From Okamejei kenojei (Eukaryota), in assembly GCA_035221665.1 (NCBI GenBank), contig CM069142.1:7316001-7380000 (forward strand): a DNA stretch of 64,000 nt, written 5' to 3'. The position numbers and the translations under genes are program-made. The notes below the pieces were generated by a model. The model was not told the origin of the DNA. It made no database searches and saw only the letters and a program-made list of their open reading frames with translations. The first letter of the stretch is position 1. Every line of letters begins with the position of its first letter. Positions 12,553 through 26,413 of the stretch are shown here, piece by piece.

Positions 12553-13156
12553 TAAGGCATAGCAGTAGCTGGTGCAGTAGCAAGCGCTGTTTTAAAAAGT
12601 TGCGAAAGTCTTCTTCTTGTTGGGAGTGAGAGAGATAGAAGAGAATTAGCTGTGACATATTGAGAAAGAATAGCTGTGTGCCCTGGTGAGGCACCAATGT
12701 AACCACAGACAGGTAAGAAATTAACACAAGGCCCAGAAATGGATTGGTCCGTATTTCCCTAGCATATAGGGTCCTTGCACACCTCACACTTGCTATTACA
12801 CAGACTCTCCCCGCTCTCTCCACCAGGAATATGAGCTCTTTTTTTTTTCAAAAACAGGTCAGAGTCTTTTGTTTCAAATTTTGTTTTAAACTGTACTGAC
12901 TGTTTGGCTGCAAAATGTAATTTTCTTGGGGCCAGAGTGAGCAGTTCCTGGATATCTTTCGGGATAGTATAAGATACATGTGCTCGAGGAGTTACCACTT
13001 GACATCCATGATTTAATCTTATTTCAATCTTCTTATTTTTACTTCTGTTTCCTTTTCTTAGGTGCTCTGTGTGGTTTAACTCTCTCACTGCTCTACCTCT
13101 TCTTGCTTAAGCCCATCTCCTTCTTCTTTTCCTCATCATTCCTTATCATTCTTCCC

Positions 13157-13656
13157 NNNNNNNNNNNNNNNNNNNNNNNNNNNNNNNNNNNNNNNNNNNN
13201 NNNNNNNNNNNNNNNNNNNNNNNNNNNNNNNNNNNNNNNNNNNNNNNNNNNNNNNNNNNNNNNNNNNNNNNNNNNNNNNNNNNNNNNNNNNNNNNNNNNN
13301 NNNNNNNNNNNNNNNNNNNNNNNNNNNNNNNNNNNNNNNNNNNNNNNNNNNNNNNNNNNNNNNNNNNNNNNNNNNNNNNNNNNNNNNNNNNNNNNNNNNN
13401 NNNNNNNNNNNNNNNNNNNNNNNNNNNNNNNNNNNNNNNNNNNNNNNNNNNNNNNNNNNNNNNNNNNNNNNNNNNNNNNNNNNNNNNNNNNNNNNNNNNN
13501 NNNNNNNNNNNNNNNNNNNNNNNNNNNNNNNNNNNNNNNNNNNNNNNNNNNNNNNNNNNNNNNNNNNNNNNNNNNNNNNNNNNNNNNNNNNNNNNNNNNN
13601 NNNNNNNNNNNNNNNNNNNNNNNNNNNNNNNNNNNNNNNNNNNNNNNNNNNNNNNN
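13157..13656. other. Assembly gap
   Basis: N run. Confidence 1.
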
Positions 13657-16600
13657 CCCGCCCCCCAACCCCCCCCCGCTCCGCCCCCCCCCATCCGAGA
13701 GCATTAGCATCTACTTATAAAACAATATCAGCTGTTTAATCAGAATGTTTTTAGCAGCTTGTGGGACATTTTAACCCACCATGGTAATTCCAACAACGCT
13801 TCTTTTGTTTAATTGCATAGGCCTATCAAAGTGGCCTGCCTCGTCTTTGAGAGTCTTCTTATTTTGTCCTATGAAAGAGTTTGATAAATGTAAATGGACC
13901 AACTTCTAACTGCAGGAAATGCTGCTACATAGTTTTACCAATATTTCAAACTACTTCTCGTATGGAAGGAATAATTTTGTTAATGAGATTATTACAGTCA
14001 CCAAAAAATCATCAACTTATCTTTGTTGGTAAAGGATAACATAGTCTCTGAGTTAATTAAAACTCATAGTTAATTGATTGGCTGGGCTGCAGCTGGATTT
14101 AATTGGACGAATCAAGAACCCTAGCTTAACAAAGCTTGTACTGAAACTAATTCTCAGCTGACTCTTGATTGGCCATAAATGATTATTAATGTCATCGAGA
14201 TAAGCCATAACGAGTGTTTTTTGTACTCCTTAATTGGGCTAAAACTGTTTCAACAGTTTTGTAAAGAGCCTGGGAGCTGAAACTCAATCCATTCGGCAAA
14301 GCTTTAACTGCCATAATTTGTCCCAGCCAATTAAATTTCAAGTACCTTCCAGAAACTGATTGTATTGGTACAGAAATAGGCGTTTTTCAAATCATCGTAG
14401 CCATATAACAACCTCTGATATAAATATCTTGCAGTATTAAATGTTTCCATTTTAAAAGTTGTATTCTACCACTTATTAGCTCTGTATACGGTCCAGAAAG
14501 AATTTCTGCAATCACCATCTTTTTATGTCTTCGAAATAAGTATTCATAAGTTTTTTCAAAAACCCCTTTTCAGATAATTTGTCAATTTTCCACATTAATC
14601 CTGCTTTTCCAATTGCAGTAAACACGAAAGCAATAGGCAGGTTTATCTGTACTGGAGATTAACCCTTCTTTAAATGAATAGTGGCCTCCTGAACTGGCTT
14701 GTAAAAATAAACCGATCAGAAGTAATGTAAAGCCAGTCTTTATAAAAACTTTTTGTAATCTTCTCCTCCAACTGGAGATTAATCCGCAGTTTCTTTAAGG
14801 ATAGAACAAGTCTTTAATACCTCTCCCATATAGCGTGGTGGTCTCCTTTTCCCCGAATAACGGTTAAGTATTGGGGCTGTGCTGTAACATAATATTTCCT
14901 GACATATATCTTCCTCTATTTCCAAAATCAAATCCCCTTCTGGGCGAAAAATACCTTTTTGTCCTAAAGACGAAGGTTCATGGCAGCTAAAATTTTTTAC
15001 AGTTTCTTCATCCCAATTGTTTAATAATAGGCAGATTACGTCCAAACAATAACCAGGAGCTGAAACACCACTTTGCTCAACACAGGTTGCCAACCTTGGG
15101 TGAACGTATGGCCGAATAGCCATTTTCCCTCATACAATAATTGCATAGAAAGAAATGTGCACCAATAGGGCCCTCTTTTTTAAACATTATCCATCTCCCC
15201 AGAACCATAATGGCAGCAAATAATTTGTGAGGATTTTTGAACCTCACTTCTTTGAGCTCTCATATTTGGGGTCATGGAAGCCCATATCAACGGATAAACC
15301 GTAGTCTACGTATTTTATCACTTCTCAATTAGGCAGCAATTTCCTGTGCGTTGATAATTCTTGATGTTTCAATCATACACAGAATCGATGAATTTGGTGA
15401 GATACCATAATATTAATGTTGGCAGCTAGGTTTTCTTCCATAGCCCTCAGTAGCCTCACCACATCCTTCAAAAATAGCAAATTCTTATGCTATCCCAGGC
15501 ACATTTGGGCCTTTCTTTATTTGTGTGTGTTTTTTAAATGCAAATCACCATCAGCAGTGTCGTGCTGCCTTCTGCAGCCCTAAATCAATTGGATTTCATC
15601 CCTCATGAGACATCCTCGGGCCCCAAATCCAGGGTCCCGGAGTTCCAACTCCCAATAGGCCCACAGCCGATATTTAGAATAATTAAACCCCGGCCTCAGG
15701 AGTCTTTTTTGGGAACCTTCTGGGTACTGTGACCCTAGTCCCTCTAATTTTTTGGATAACTTTCTCATATGCCCATTAATAGTTCCATTTCCACATAGTT
15801 TAATTATCTGGGAGGACTTTCAGTAATCAGAGTCATCAGAACCACGGTTCGCTTTTCTCAGATTTCTTTTACATTTTTTAGGAGCAATTTCTCGTCCGTG
15901 GGTTAATAACTTCTGGAGAATCGAGAACTCGCTAACGGGTATATTCAGCCGGCCACCGGTATCGGAACCAGATCCGCTCTAGCTTTTTTTCTTCCCTGTA
16001 TTTTTTAATTTCCCACGCCCGGAAGCTCTTTTTAAATACCCCGATTTTCTTGCCGATTTTCTCCATTTTCTTAGTCATAATCTGTGCCCTAAAAACAGCA
16101 CTTTTAACGTGACTCTGACTTTTATTTTACTTTACTTTTACTGCTGACCCACTCCAGCGTACTCTAAGGAACGTCCCGACTTTGCCCCACTTATACGCGG
16201 GTCCGTTCCGGACCGCTCGAGGAGCTTGCTCCTCACTGCAGCTCCTCCTTCCCGCGTCAGCGTCGACGTAATGCCCGTTTGCCAGCGCGCCAGTCGGGCT
16301 CTGTTCACCATAGGTCACTCACGTACTCCGAAGTAAAATACAATTTGGGAACAAGCAGTATTTTAAATATTTCCAAATCTGTGAACTAATCCCCCTGAAA
16401 AAATATGCACAGACTATCAACAATATGGCCTCCAGATTACTGGAAGAAGTATGAAAAACAAAGCGAATCAGCAAACCTTATATCATAATATAATAATATT
16501 ATTCTAAATACAGAAATACCCAACAACAGAAGGTATCAGAGAGAACTGGGAATAATAATTAAAGTATAAACATTCCCAAAAAAGGTGGGAAGATATATTT

Positions 16601-19042
16601 ATTAAATGTGCATAAATTGTTCAATTAATGTAAGACACACATTAATACAATTTAAAATTCTTACACATATTATACTATTCAAAAACTAAAATACATGCAA
16701 GAGTACATCAAAAAAGTAACGGTGTCGAGTCTTGGTAAAGGGGTAAGAAAAACTGTCCGAGTTGGTAGATTCCTTTGCGAGATGGTTTATAATAAAGTAG
16801 GGTACACAAAAAGCTGGAGAAACTCAGCGGTTGCAGCAGGCATCTAAGGAGCGAAGGAGATAGGCACGTTCGGTCGAGACCCTTCTTCAAGACGGTCACT
16901 GCTTTTCTTTTTTTCCTTCTCTTCTTTCCTTTTTTTTCCCCTCGTGTCAGGTTCTATCTTTTTAATCTCCTTTCTCTAACTTCCTTTTGCCCAAGGTCCC
17001 TTTCCCTCTGCCACGCTTTTTCAATTTCACAACTCTTTTTCACTCTTCTACTTTCTCCGTTTGAATTTATTTCTCTTTTCCCTTCTTTTCTAAAGCCTTA
17101 AAAACTTTTTTTTTTAAAAAAGTGGTACAATGATTGTAGATACTATATAAGGGAGTACACTGATGTAACTTACTGTACCTCTAATAAATAAAGAATATAC
17201 AAAAAAATATAAAATAAAATATCGACAAGGTCACCAATCCTAATGGCCTGGTTATGCGGGGGCAAAGACAATGACCAGTCTCTTTGCTGATTAATAAAAG
17301 AGTAATTAATTCCCTGTTAATAAATGTCGAGAAGACAGAGAATACACAGTTAATTTCGACATAGATACCAAACATTTTCAAAGAGCAAACAGATAATAAC
17401 TTTGTCCCAGCTCAATGGCCAATACAGCTCAACTTCTTAAGAAAGAGACACTCCTTTAACGCATCCAGACTCTACAAAGATTTAATCGACGTAAATGAGC
17501 AAGCTCATCAATGACATCCTATTTCATCTTAAATTATAGGATTCAATTCAACATTCACCGTGATCCGGGTTTATTCACAGAGAAGTAACAGTCTTTTAAA
17601 CTCACTCACTCTACACCCTTGTTCTACCATTCACTCACAAATTCCACACCCAATGCGATAATGCTAATCTCATAATATTCACACACGTTAAAGCAATAGA
17701 CTTGCTCACTCAAGAGTAAAACATTATGTACTCCTCAAGGGACATCATGCAAAACTCTTAGACTGTGAAACAATATCTGCTGTTCGGAAAAAATGTCCAG
17801 TTGGAAATTCCCCCGGGACTTTGTTGTGGCCACTTGTATGGGCATTGCACTTAATCTGGCCGTTGGAACTGGAAGAGTTGAGGGCCGGGGGGGGGGGGTC
17901 CCTACCAGCGAGCCGTCTCCATGCGGTGAGCGCGATCCAAACTGAATCGGGGGTCGCGCGGGGTCGAGGAACCCTGTACAGGGCCGATCTACCAGCCATC
18001 CCCTGCATGCGGCTAGCGGACAAACCGGCAGCGGGGGCCGCACGGAGGGTCGGGTGAATGGGCGCGAGTGAGGCTAAGTGGCAGCGAATTCCGCAAGGTA
18101 AGTTTCTCAAGGACAGAGAGGGACAACACAGAGAGGTGCACGGAGGCACACAGAGAGAGGGCCATGGAGGCACACAGCAGAGAGGGTCATGGAGGCACAT
18201 ATAGAGAGGGTCACGGAGGCACGACGTCGAGGCCGTGCGTAATGCGTCGAGGCGACTGCGGGCCGACAGGCCGTTGCCGCGCGGAATTTTTGAACAGGGT
18301 CAGTTTTTCGGAGCCCCGCGCGATGTCGGGACGAACTCCGCACAATTCCGCACGGTTCCGGCGATCGAAGTGGGACCGGCCCCGCGAGGCCGGACGGCTC
18401 AAGCGACCACGTTAGGTCGCGCTCACCGCATGGAGTCGCATGCTGGTAGGATAGGCCCTTTAAGGCATGCAGTAGCTGGTGCAGTAGCAAGCGTTGTTTT
18501 AAAGTTGCGAAAGTCTTCTTCTTGTTGGGAGTGAGAGAGTTAGAGAGAATTGCTGTGACATATTTGAGAAAGAATAGCTGTTGTGCCCTGGTGGAGGCAC
18601 CAATGTATCCACTGTCGGTAGAAATTAACCAAGCCCAGAAATGGGATTGGTCCGATTCCCTATCATATAGGGTCTTGCCACACCTCACACTTGCTGATTA
18701 CTCAGACTCTCCCCGCTCTCTCCACCAGAAGAGGAGCTCTGTGTTTCAAACAGGTCAGAGTCTTTTGTTTTCAAATTTGTTTTTAAACTGTACTGACTGT
18801 GGCTGCAAAATGTTAAAGTTCTTGGGGCCAGAGTGAGCAGCCTGGATTCTTGCGGGATAGTTAAGATACAGTGTCTCGAAAGTTACCAGCTTGACATCCT
18901 GATTTTATCTTTTCAATCTTCTTATTTTTCTGCTGTTTTCTCTTTCTTGGTGCTCTGTGTGGTTTAACTCTCTCACTGCTCTATCTCCTTCTGCCTTAAG
19001 CCTTCTCCCTTCTTCTTCCTCATCTTCCTTATCAGTTCTCCT
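13657..19042. repeat. Second, indel-rich copy of about 7870-13156 (DIRS 5' half ending 16339, L1 piece, MITE); probable assembly artefact
   Basis: Starts right after the N gap; colinear, differing mostly by scattered 1-bp indels. Confidence 0.8.
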
Positions 19043-21603
19043 TCTTCTGATGGTGCCTTCCCTGTAGACGTACTGGAACATTTCCTCTTCACGGGATCTG
19101 AGTGTCGTAGCTCCTGCTGTTAGTGACCGGGTGGCCAGGGCATGGGGGACGTATTCTACACTATTTCCAATTATTTCTCCCTCCGAATTTGTTCCTCATC
19201 CCCCCTCTCTCTGTAAACAAAGTCATTATATCAGACAAGGCAGCAATGTTACAAACTTTTGAGATTTAAAAAATCAAGTCTGCAATTTATCCCATCAGAT
19301 AGAGCATGAAAAGAAGTTTGATTTGACACCTAATTCACTTTCATATCTTCAGTATTAAAAAAAGTTATGGCCATTTTCATACTCGGAAATTAGCATCTTG
19401 TTCTCTATTGCTTTTCCATTGACTTAACACAAAAGCTGTGATCGAGGACAGTCAAAAGCCCATAACTTTCTAAAAAATTAAGAGAACTGAATTAAATTTT
19501 CGTTTATTAGAGATTGAAACATTCTGAAACAAATATAAAACATCTTACTTGGATGACCTGAAATTAAAGCATATAATTAGTTAATTACCTAATTATGGCT
19601 AATTTTAATAATGACCGTTACATAGAAACATAGAAACAGAGAAAATAGGTGCAGGAGGAGGCCATTTTGCCCTTTGAGCCAGCATCGCCATTCATTGTGA
19701 TCATGGCTGATCGTCCGCTATCAATAACCCGTGCCTGCCTTCTCCCCATATCCCTTGTGATGGAAATAGTAATAAACACCCAGACTACCTTGAAAATTCA
19801 AAAATGTGATATTCTCAAGATCAGAACTTTAATATTCGATATATTTTTATATATTACAAACTCACAAACGAGTATACCAAACTTATTTTATGCCTTTATT
19901 AAATAAACTCAACGTCTCGATTAAATTCTGGAAAACACTTCCGTTATCATTAATAGGCAGAATAAATGCTAAAAAAATGATCTTTTTACAACAAATATTA
20001 TATCTAATTTCAATCTATACCATTATATAGTACCAAAAAAAACTCTTAAAAAAATTAGACACTAATATTACCAATTTTATCTGGGATTATAGATCACATA
20101 GAATCCAAAGAAAACATCAGTGCAAACCAAAAGATATTGGGGGACTTTCACTTCCGAACTTTTTTTATTATTATTGGGTAGTGCATATTAAGAATATAAT
20201 TTACTGGTTGGACAGTTCTACCCAACGGACAGAATGGATAAGAATGGAGAAAGAGGGACTGTTTCTCCTTGTAATATAGGAGCGATCCTCTCTTCTCCCT
20301 GATAAAACTGAACAACACAATATATAAGAATAACCCAATTATGCATGATACAATAAGAATTTGGAAACAAATAAAATTATCCTTAAAATTAAGAAACCTA
20401 TCAGTGTTAATGCCAATAGTGAATAATCCTTCATTTAAACCATCTCTTATTGATAAAACATATAATCAATGGAAAGAATGGGAATTTTTAAGGATCGGGG
20501 ATATGTACGAAATGGGAAATCTGTTATCATTCCAACAACTTACAATTAAAATTTAACAAAACTGAAAAATAACCAATATTTTAAATATGCATCAGATCTG
20601 TGACATCATGAAGAAATACATACAAGGATATCAAAACATAACTTCAGAGCCATTGGAAGAAGCAAAGAACATTAAGGCTGACACAGAAATTAATATCATA
20701 TTTATATAATAGTATTTTAAAATTATAGATTTACCATCAACAGAGACACTTAGAGAAGAGTGGGGAATGAGAATTAATGATAAAAATTAAGAAGGAAACA
20801 TAAATGTTGGGCAAAGTATTTGATATATATACACAAATGTTCAATTAATGTAAGACATAATTTAATTCAATTTAAAATTTTACATAGATTATATTATTCA
20901 AAAACTAGACTGAATAAATTCCATCAAATACTTCCCCCATTTGTGATAAATGTCTATCCAAAACGCAACTATAACACACTCTTTTGACTCCTGCATAAAC
21001 TTTATAAATTCTGGAGTGATATTTTTGAAATGTTTACTAAATTTATTTAAGATTTTAAAAAATGGAACCTAATACTGAAATGATTATATTTGGAGTAATG
21101 GAAGATGGAATAAACTGAAGTCATCTCAAAATTTATTTTTTAATTATGGGTTAATAACAGGAAAAAAACGTATACTTAACTTTTGGAAAAATACAACCAT
21201 AACCGATGCTTAAAATGTGGATTTCAAAACATGTTGGACACTGCACAACTTGAGGAAATGCGATTCCTCCTAATAGATAAATCAGACAATTTTTAACGAG
21301 TTGGTCTCCATTGTCGATTTTTGGAAGCATATGGTGCAACATAACCGTAGAAGCTAACTGTTTCAGGATTGGGTGAGGGATGGTCAAGCATATAGATAAC
21401 GATCTCCTTAATCTCTTACTTTCTACTCTTCTTCTCTTTTTTTTTTTCATTCTCAACTTTCTTTTTTTCACACTTTTTTCTTTCTCACACACTATATATC
21501 ACGCATTTCTCTATCTTTTATTTTCTCCACTCTCTTTTTCTTTTTCATTATTAAAAAAATTAAAAAATAAGAAGCTGTACATAAAATGTAATATGTCAAT
21601 ATA

Positions 21604-23235
21604 AAGTGGCTTGCAAAAGTATTCATACCCCTTGAACTTTTCCACATTTTGTCACGTTACAACCACAAACATAAATGTATTTTATTGGGGTTGTATGTGA
21701 TAGACCAACACAAAGTGGTGCATAGTTATGAAGTGGAAGGAAAATGGTACATGGTTTCCAAATTTTATTACAAATAAAAAACTGAAAAATGTGATGTGCA
21801 AAAGTATTCAGCCCCCCTGAGTCAATACTTTGTAGAACCATCTTTCGCTGCAATTACAGCTGCAAGTCTTTTGGGGTATGTCTCTACCAGCTTTGCACAT
21901 CTAGAGACTGAAATTTTTGCCCATTCTTCTTTGCAAAATAGCTCAAGCTCAGTCAGATTGGATGGAGAGCGTCTGTGAACAGCAATTGTCAAGTCTTGCC
22001 AGAGATTCTTAATTGGATTTAGGTCTGGACTTTGACTGGGCCATTCTAACACATGAATATTCTTTGATCTAATCCATTCAATTGTAGCTCTGGCTGTATG
22101 TTGAGGGTCGTTGTCCTGCTGGAAGGTGAACCTCCGCCCCAGTCTCAAATCTTTTGCAGACTCTAACAGGTTTTCTTCCAAATTTGCCCTGTATTTGCCT
22201 CCATCCATCTTCCCATCAACTCTGACCAACTTCCCTGTCCCTGCTGAAGAAAAGCATCCCCACAGCGTGATGCTGCCACCACCATGTTTCACAGTGGGGA
22301 TGGTGTGTTCAGGGTGATGTGAAGTCTTAATTTTCCGCCACACATAGCGTTTTGCATTTAGGCCAAAAACTTCAATTTTGGTCTCATCAGACCAGAGCAC
22401 CTTCCTCCACGTGTTTGCTGTGTCCCCCACATGGCTTGTGGCAAATTGCAAATGGGACATTTTATGGCTTTGTTTCAACAATGGCTTTCTTCTTGCCACT
22501 CTTCCATAAAGGCCCAATTTGTGGAGTGCACGACTAATAGTTGTCCTGTGGACAGATCCTCCCACCTGAGCTGTGGATCTCTGCAGCTCCTCCAGAGTTA
22601 CCATGAGCCTCTTGGCTGCTTCTCTGATCAATGCTCTCCTTGCCCGACCTGTCAGTTTGGGTGGACGGCCATGTCTTGGTAGGTTAGCAGTTGTGCCATA
22701 CTCTTTCCATTTTCGGATGATGGATTGAACAGTGCTCCGTGAGATGTTCAAAGCTTGGGATATTTTTTTTATAACCTAACCCTGCTTTAAACCTCTCCAC
22801 AACTTTATATCCCTGACCTGTCTGGTGTGTTCCTTGGGCTTCATGATGCCCAAGGAACATTGTTTTGTTCAGTAATGTTCTCTAACAAACCTCTGAGGCC
22901 TTCACTGAACAGCTGTATTTATACTGAGATTAGATTACACACAAGTGGACTCTATTTACTAATTAGGTGACTTCTGAAGGCAATTGGTTGCACTGGATTT
23001 TATTTAGGGGTATCAGAGTAAAGGGGGCTGAATACTTTTGCACGCCACACTTTTCAGTTTTTTATTTGTAAAAAAATTTGAAAAGCATGTATCATTTTCC
23101 TTCCACTTCACAATTATGCGCCACTTTCTGTTGGTCTATCACTTAAAATCCCAATAAAATACATTTACGTTTGTGGTTGTAACGTGACAAAATGTGGAAA
23201 GGTTCAAGGGGTATGAATACTTTTGCAAGCCACTG
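21604..23235 (-). mobile_element. Tc1-family transposon, IR/DR type, full length (1632 bp)
   Basis: TA on both sides; TIRs of about 214 bp (21604-21817, 23022-23235) each with two tgcaaaagtattca direct repeats; transposase inside. Confidence 0.97.
21822..22844 (-). pseudogene. Tc1 transposase, inactivated
   Basis: MKPKEHTRQVRD start at 22844; two small N-terminal insertions give an early stop; GRPPK, WSDETK, QQDNDP present; the third catalytic residue reads SPDLNPIK (K instead of E). Confidence 0.92.
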
Positions 23236-26200
23236 TATATTAGGTACCTTGGTGCCATATTGCTGTACTTACTTCTAATAAAATAAAATAATAAATAAAA
23301 TTTAAAAAAACTTTAATATTATTGTATAATATGCTGTAAGTCTGTAACAGATAGTTGAATAAATTACAATTTCTAGCAATAGACCAAGTCTTTATGAAGA
23401 TCAGTTGCTAGCTGGTACATTGGCATATCATAATCAGTAACCATAATCCTCATCATACTCCTCAGATTGTAACCAATAAGCAACTCTGTACACCTTGTTT
23501 TTCCTCAACCTTTCAATGTTGGCATTGTAAACTACAGGTTTTTGCTCTTCAAACCACGTATGACGTGCCTTTCTGCCCACTACTTTCCCATTAAGATTGT
23601 CCTGTAGATTCCATTTTTTAAGAAATGAATAATTTTTTTAAATAGCCTAAGTATCCAAATAACAAACTAATCCCATTCCCACAAGAATTCACAATATAAC
23701 ATGATTTTTAAATCTCACTGTCATGAATTTATATGCCAGATGGAAGGAATTTAATGTTTAATTCCCATAAATTATTCTAGAAACATCCACTCAATATAAT
23801 CAAAATTATTATTTTTTGCTCAATACATGTGACTCAAACTGTTGTGAATATTTAGTTTATAAATAATGATCATGGAGAGAGAACAACACAAAATATAGAC
23901 AATTTAGACGGCTTATGACATAATTGTCCAAAAAAAAGAGCATTTTAATCATCTTGCAAGTGGGTTTTTCAGGAATGCGATTAATTGGAACGTTGCATTT
24001 GTGGTGAATTTGAACCCCATATCGGCAGAAAAAACACTGCCGATTCGTATGGGGCACAAATAACATTTTTGCAACGTAAAATTAGATTAAAGCCATCCCA
24101 AGAAGCAAGAATATATATGTAAAATACACTTACCCTTTGTTTTGTCCCGTTCTTGCGATCCGTCACTTTGTAGGAGTTGAGGGCCTTAGAAGTCGCGTTT
24201 TATTTTAATCCGATTATTAAATTGTCTAGCGATTTTTTAAAAAATATACCCGGAACGGAAGTCCGATTGATTTTTCTTCATCAGCTAGCAGCCCGAGCAA
24301 ATCCCGCCTCCCGCCCGCCACAAAGGCGCCAAAGTTGCGCACATGCCCAGTGGCAGAACTGCAGCGCCACTGAAGGTAAGTATTGTAACACCGCAAGACA
24401 AGGGGTCCCCGGGGATATTTTGCTTAGGTTTCCATTTTTACATACCAATTGTTTAATATTATAATGGCGAACCATATTCTCTCTCTCTTTTTTTAATACA
24501 ATCTTTACGTTTCCATGGATCCAAATAACACATAAATGCTGTAATGAAGCTCCAACATATATCGAAGCTTGCACATGTACTGAAGCTCCCACATGAATCT
24601 TATCCCGAGCCAGGCACGTTGCCGTGAGTAATTACTCAGGGTAGCCATCAGCCGGCTTTTAAAAAAATCTTAAACCGCGCATGCGCAGATTGTTAACATG
24701 TGAAGGTCTGTGCAGCCCACGTGCCGTCAGCGCTGCCTGAGCCGTCAGTTTCAAGGGGAGCTGAAGGCAGCAGAAATTCTGCCTTTGCAGTACCGCGCAG
24801 GTGCAGCGGCCTGATGCGCATGCCCAGCGCGAGTTTCTTGGCGGGATTTTCAAATATGGATTTGCATTATTTTAATAGTATCTTAGGAAACAAAGAGAGA
24901 AGAATGGACTTAATGTACCAATAACGTGGTAAGTGCATTTCTTAGTGCTTAATTTTTATAAATACTGTATTTTCCGAGGTGGGGGGAGACCTCCATTCAC
25001 ATTGTTTAGGGAGTCTAGCGTTGTGAAGGAGGGGATTGGGGTCAGTAACCCACTTGCCACGCTCCGGTCTGAGTGCAGGTAGATGGGACTAGGTGAGAGT
25101 AAGTGTTCAGCACGGAGTAAAAGGGCGGAGATGGCCTGTTTCCGTGCTGTAATTGCTATATGGTTTTATTGTGGCCGGGGAGTGAATTAGCTTGGGTGGC
25201 TGCTGCAGCGCTCCGCGCACGGACAGCAGAACAGGCCGCCACTTCCGAGGAAGGAAGCAGCTCGGGTGACTGCCGGTGGCCGCCGGGACCCTGCCACTTC
25301 AGCCACTTCAGCCCCTTCTGCTGGTCCCCACTCACCGCTGGCAGTGCTCTCCGTCTGAACATCTCTCACCTGCCGCTCGCCGGCCGGCTTCCCGCAAATC
25401 TTTAAATTCCGACAGCGCGTTCACGGGACCAGTTGAGGTTACTTGGCTGTGGGAATTTAAGGATTTGCGGGACGTGTGAGGCTACAATCAGGACTGCTTT
25501 GAATCAGGTTTTGTGTTCGTGTTATAGACACAAGATAAGACACATCCCCCTGTTCCACTTTACAAGCTGTCACAGACTCAGAGTCATCTTTAGTCAGAGG
25601 GTGGTGAATCTGCAGATTTCATTGCCCCAGACGGCACAAAGAGGCCAAGTCAATGGGTATTATTAAAGTGGAGATTGACAGGTTCTTGATTAGTACGGGT
25701 GTCAGGGGCTATGGGGAGAAAGCAGGAGAACGGGGTTGAGAGGGAAGCATAGATCAGCCAAGATTGAATGGCGGAGTAGACTCGATGGGCCGAATGGCCT
25801 AATTCTGATCCGATGATTTATGAATTTATGAACTTATGTCATAGAACTGTACAGCATGGAATCAGGCCCTTTGGCCCATCTTGTCCAAGTCATCCATGTT
25901 GACACACTGGGCCAGTCCCACTTGCCTGCATTTGGCCCATATCCCTCTAAACCCTTTCTTATCCATATCTCCATGGTGCATTTCATAGTAGATTTATATC
26001 ATAACCATATAATATTGGGCAACATGGAGGCGCAGCGGTAGAGTTGGTGCCTTACAGTGCCTGCAATGCCAGTGACCCGCGTTAGATTCCCAACTGCGGG
26101 TGCTGTCTTTACAGAGTTTGTATGTTCTCCCCCGTGACCGCATGGGTTTCCTACGAGATCTCCCACACTAGGTGTGAGCGTGGTTGTGAGTGTGTGGGGG

Positions 26201-26413
26201 TGAGTAATGAGACTCGGTGTGGGTGTGTGTGTGAGACTGGATATGAGTGTAGGTGTGAGTATGAGACTGGATGTGAGTGTAGTGTGCATGTGCATGGAGT
26301 GTAAGTGTGAGTCTGGATGTGAGTGTGAGCGTGGGTGTGGGCGTGAGTGGCCGTGAGTGTGAGTATGTGTATGTGTGTGCAGTGTGTGTGTGTGTGTGGG
26401 TGCATAGTTATAC

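Larger units (their letters stand above)
19837..23308 (+). mobile_element. 5'-truncated L1-clade LINE
   Basis: 12-bp TSD AACTTTAATATT at 19825-19836 and 23309-23320; A-rich tail; ORF2 C-terminal remnants (IRIWKQIK, NNPSFKPS). Confidence 0.9.
19241..24395. mobile_element. Non-autonomous DNA transposon with 8-bp target-site duplication, hosting nested CR1, L1 and Tc1
   Basis: AGACAAGG at 19233-19240 and 24396-24403; imperfect TIR cagcaaTGTTACAA...TTGTAACAccgca. Confidence 0.65.

Noticed and set aside
12980-13720. Long ORFs crossing N runs (also at the other three gaps)
   Set aside because: Artefacts of translating N.
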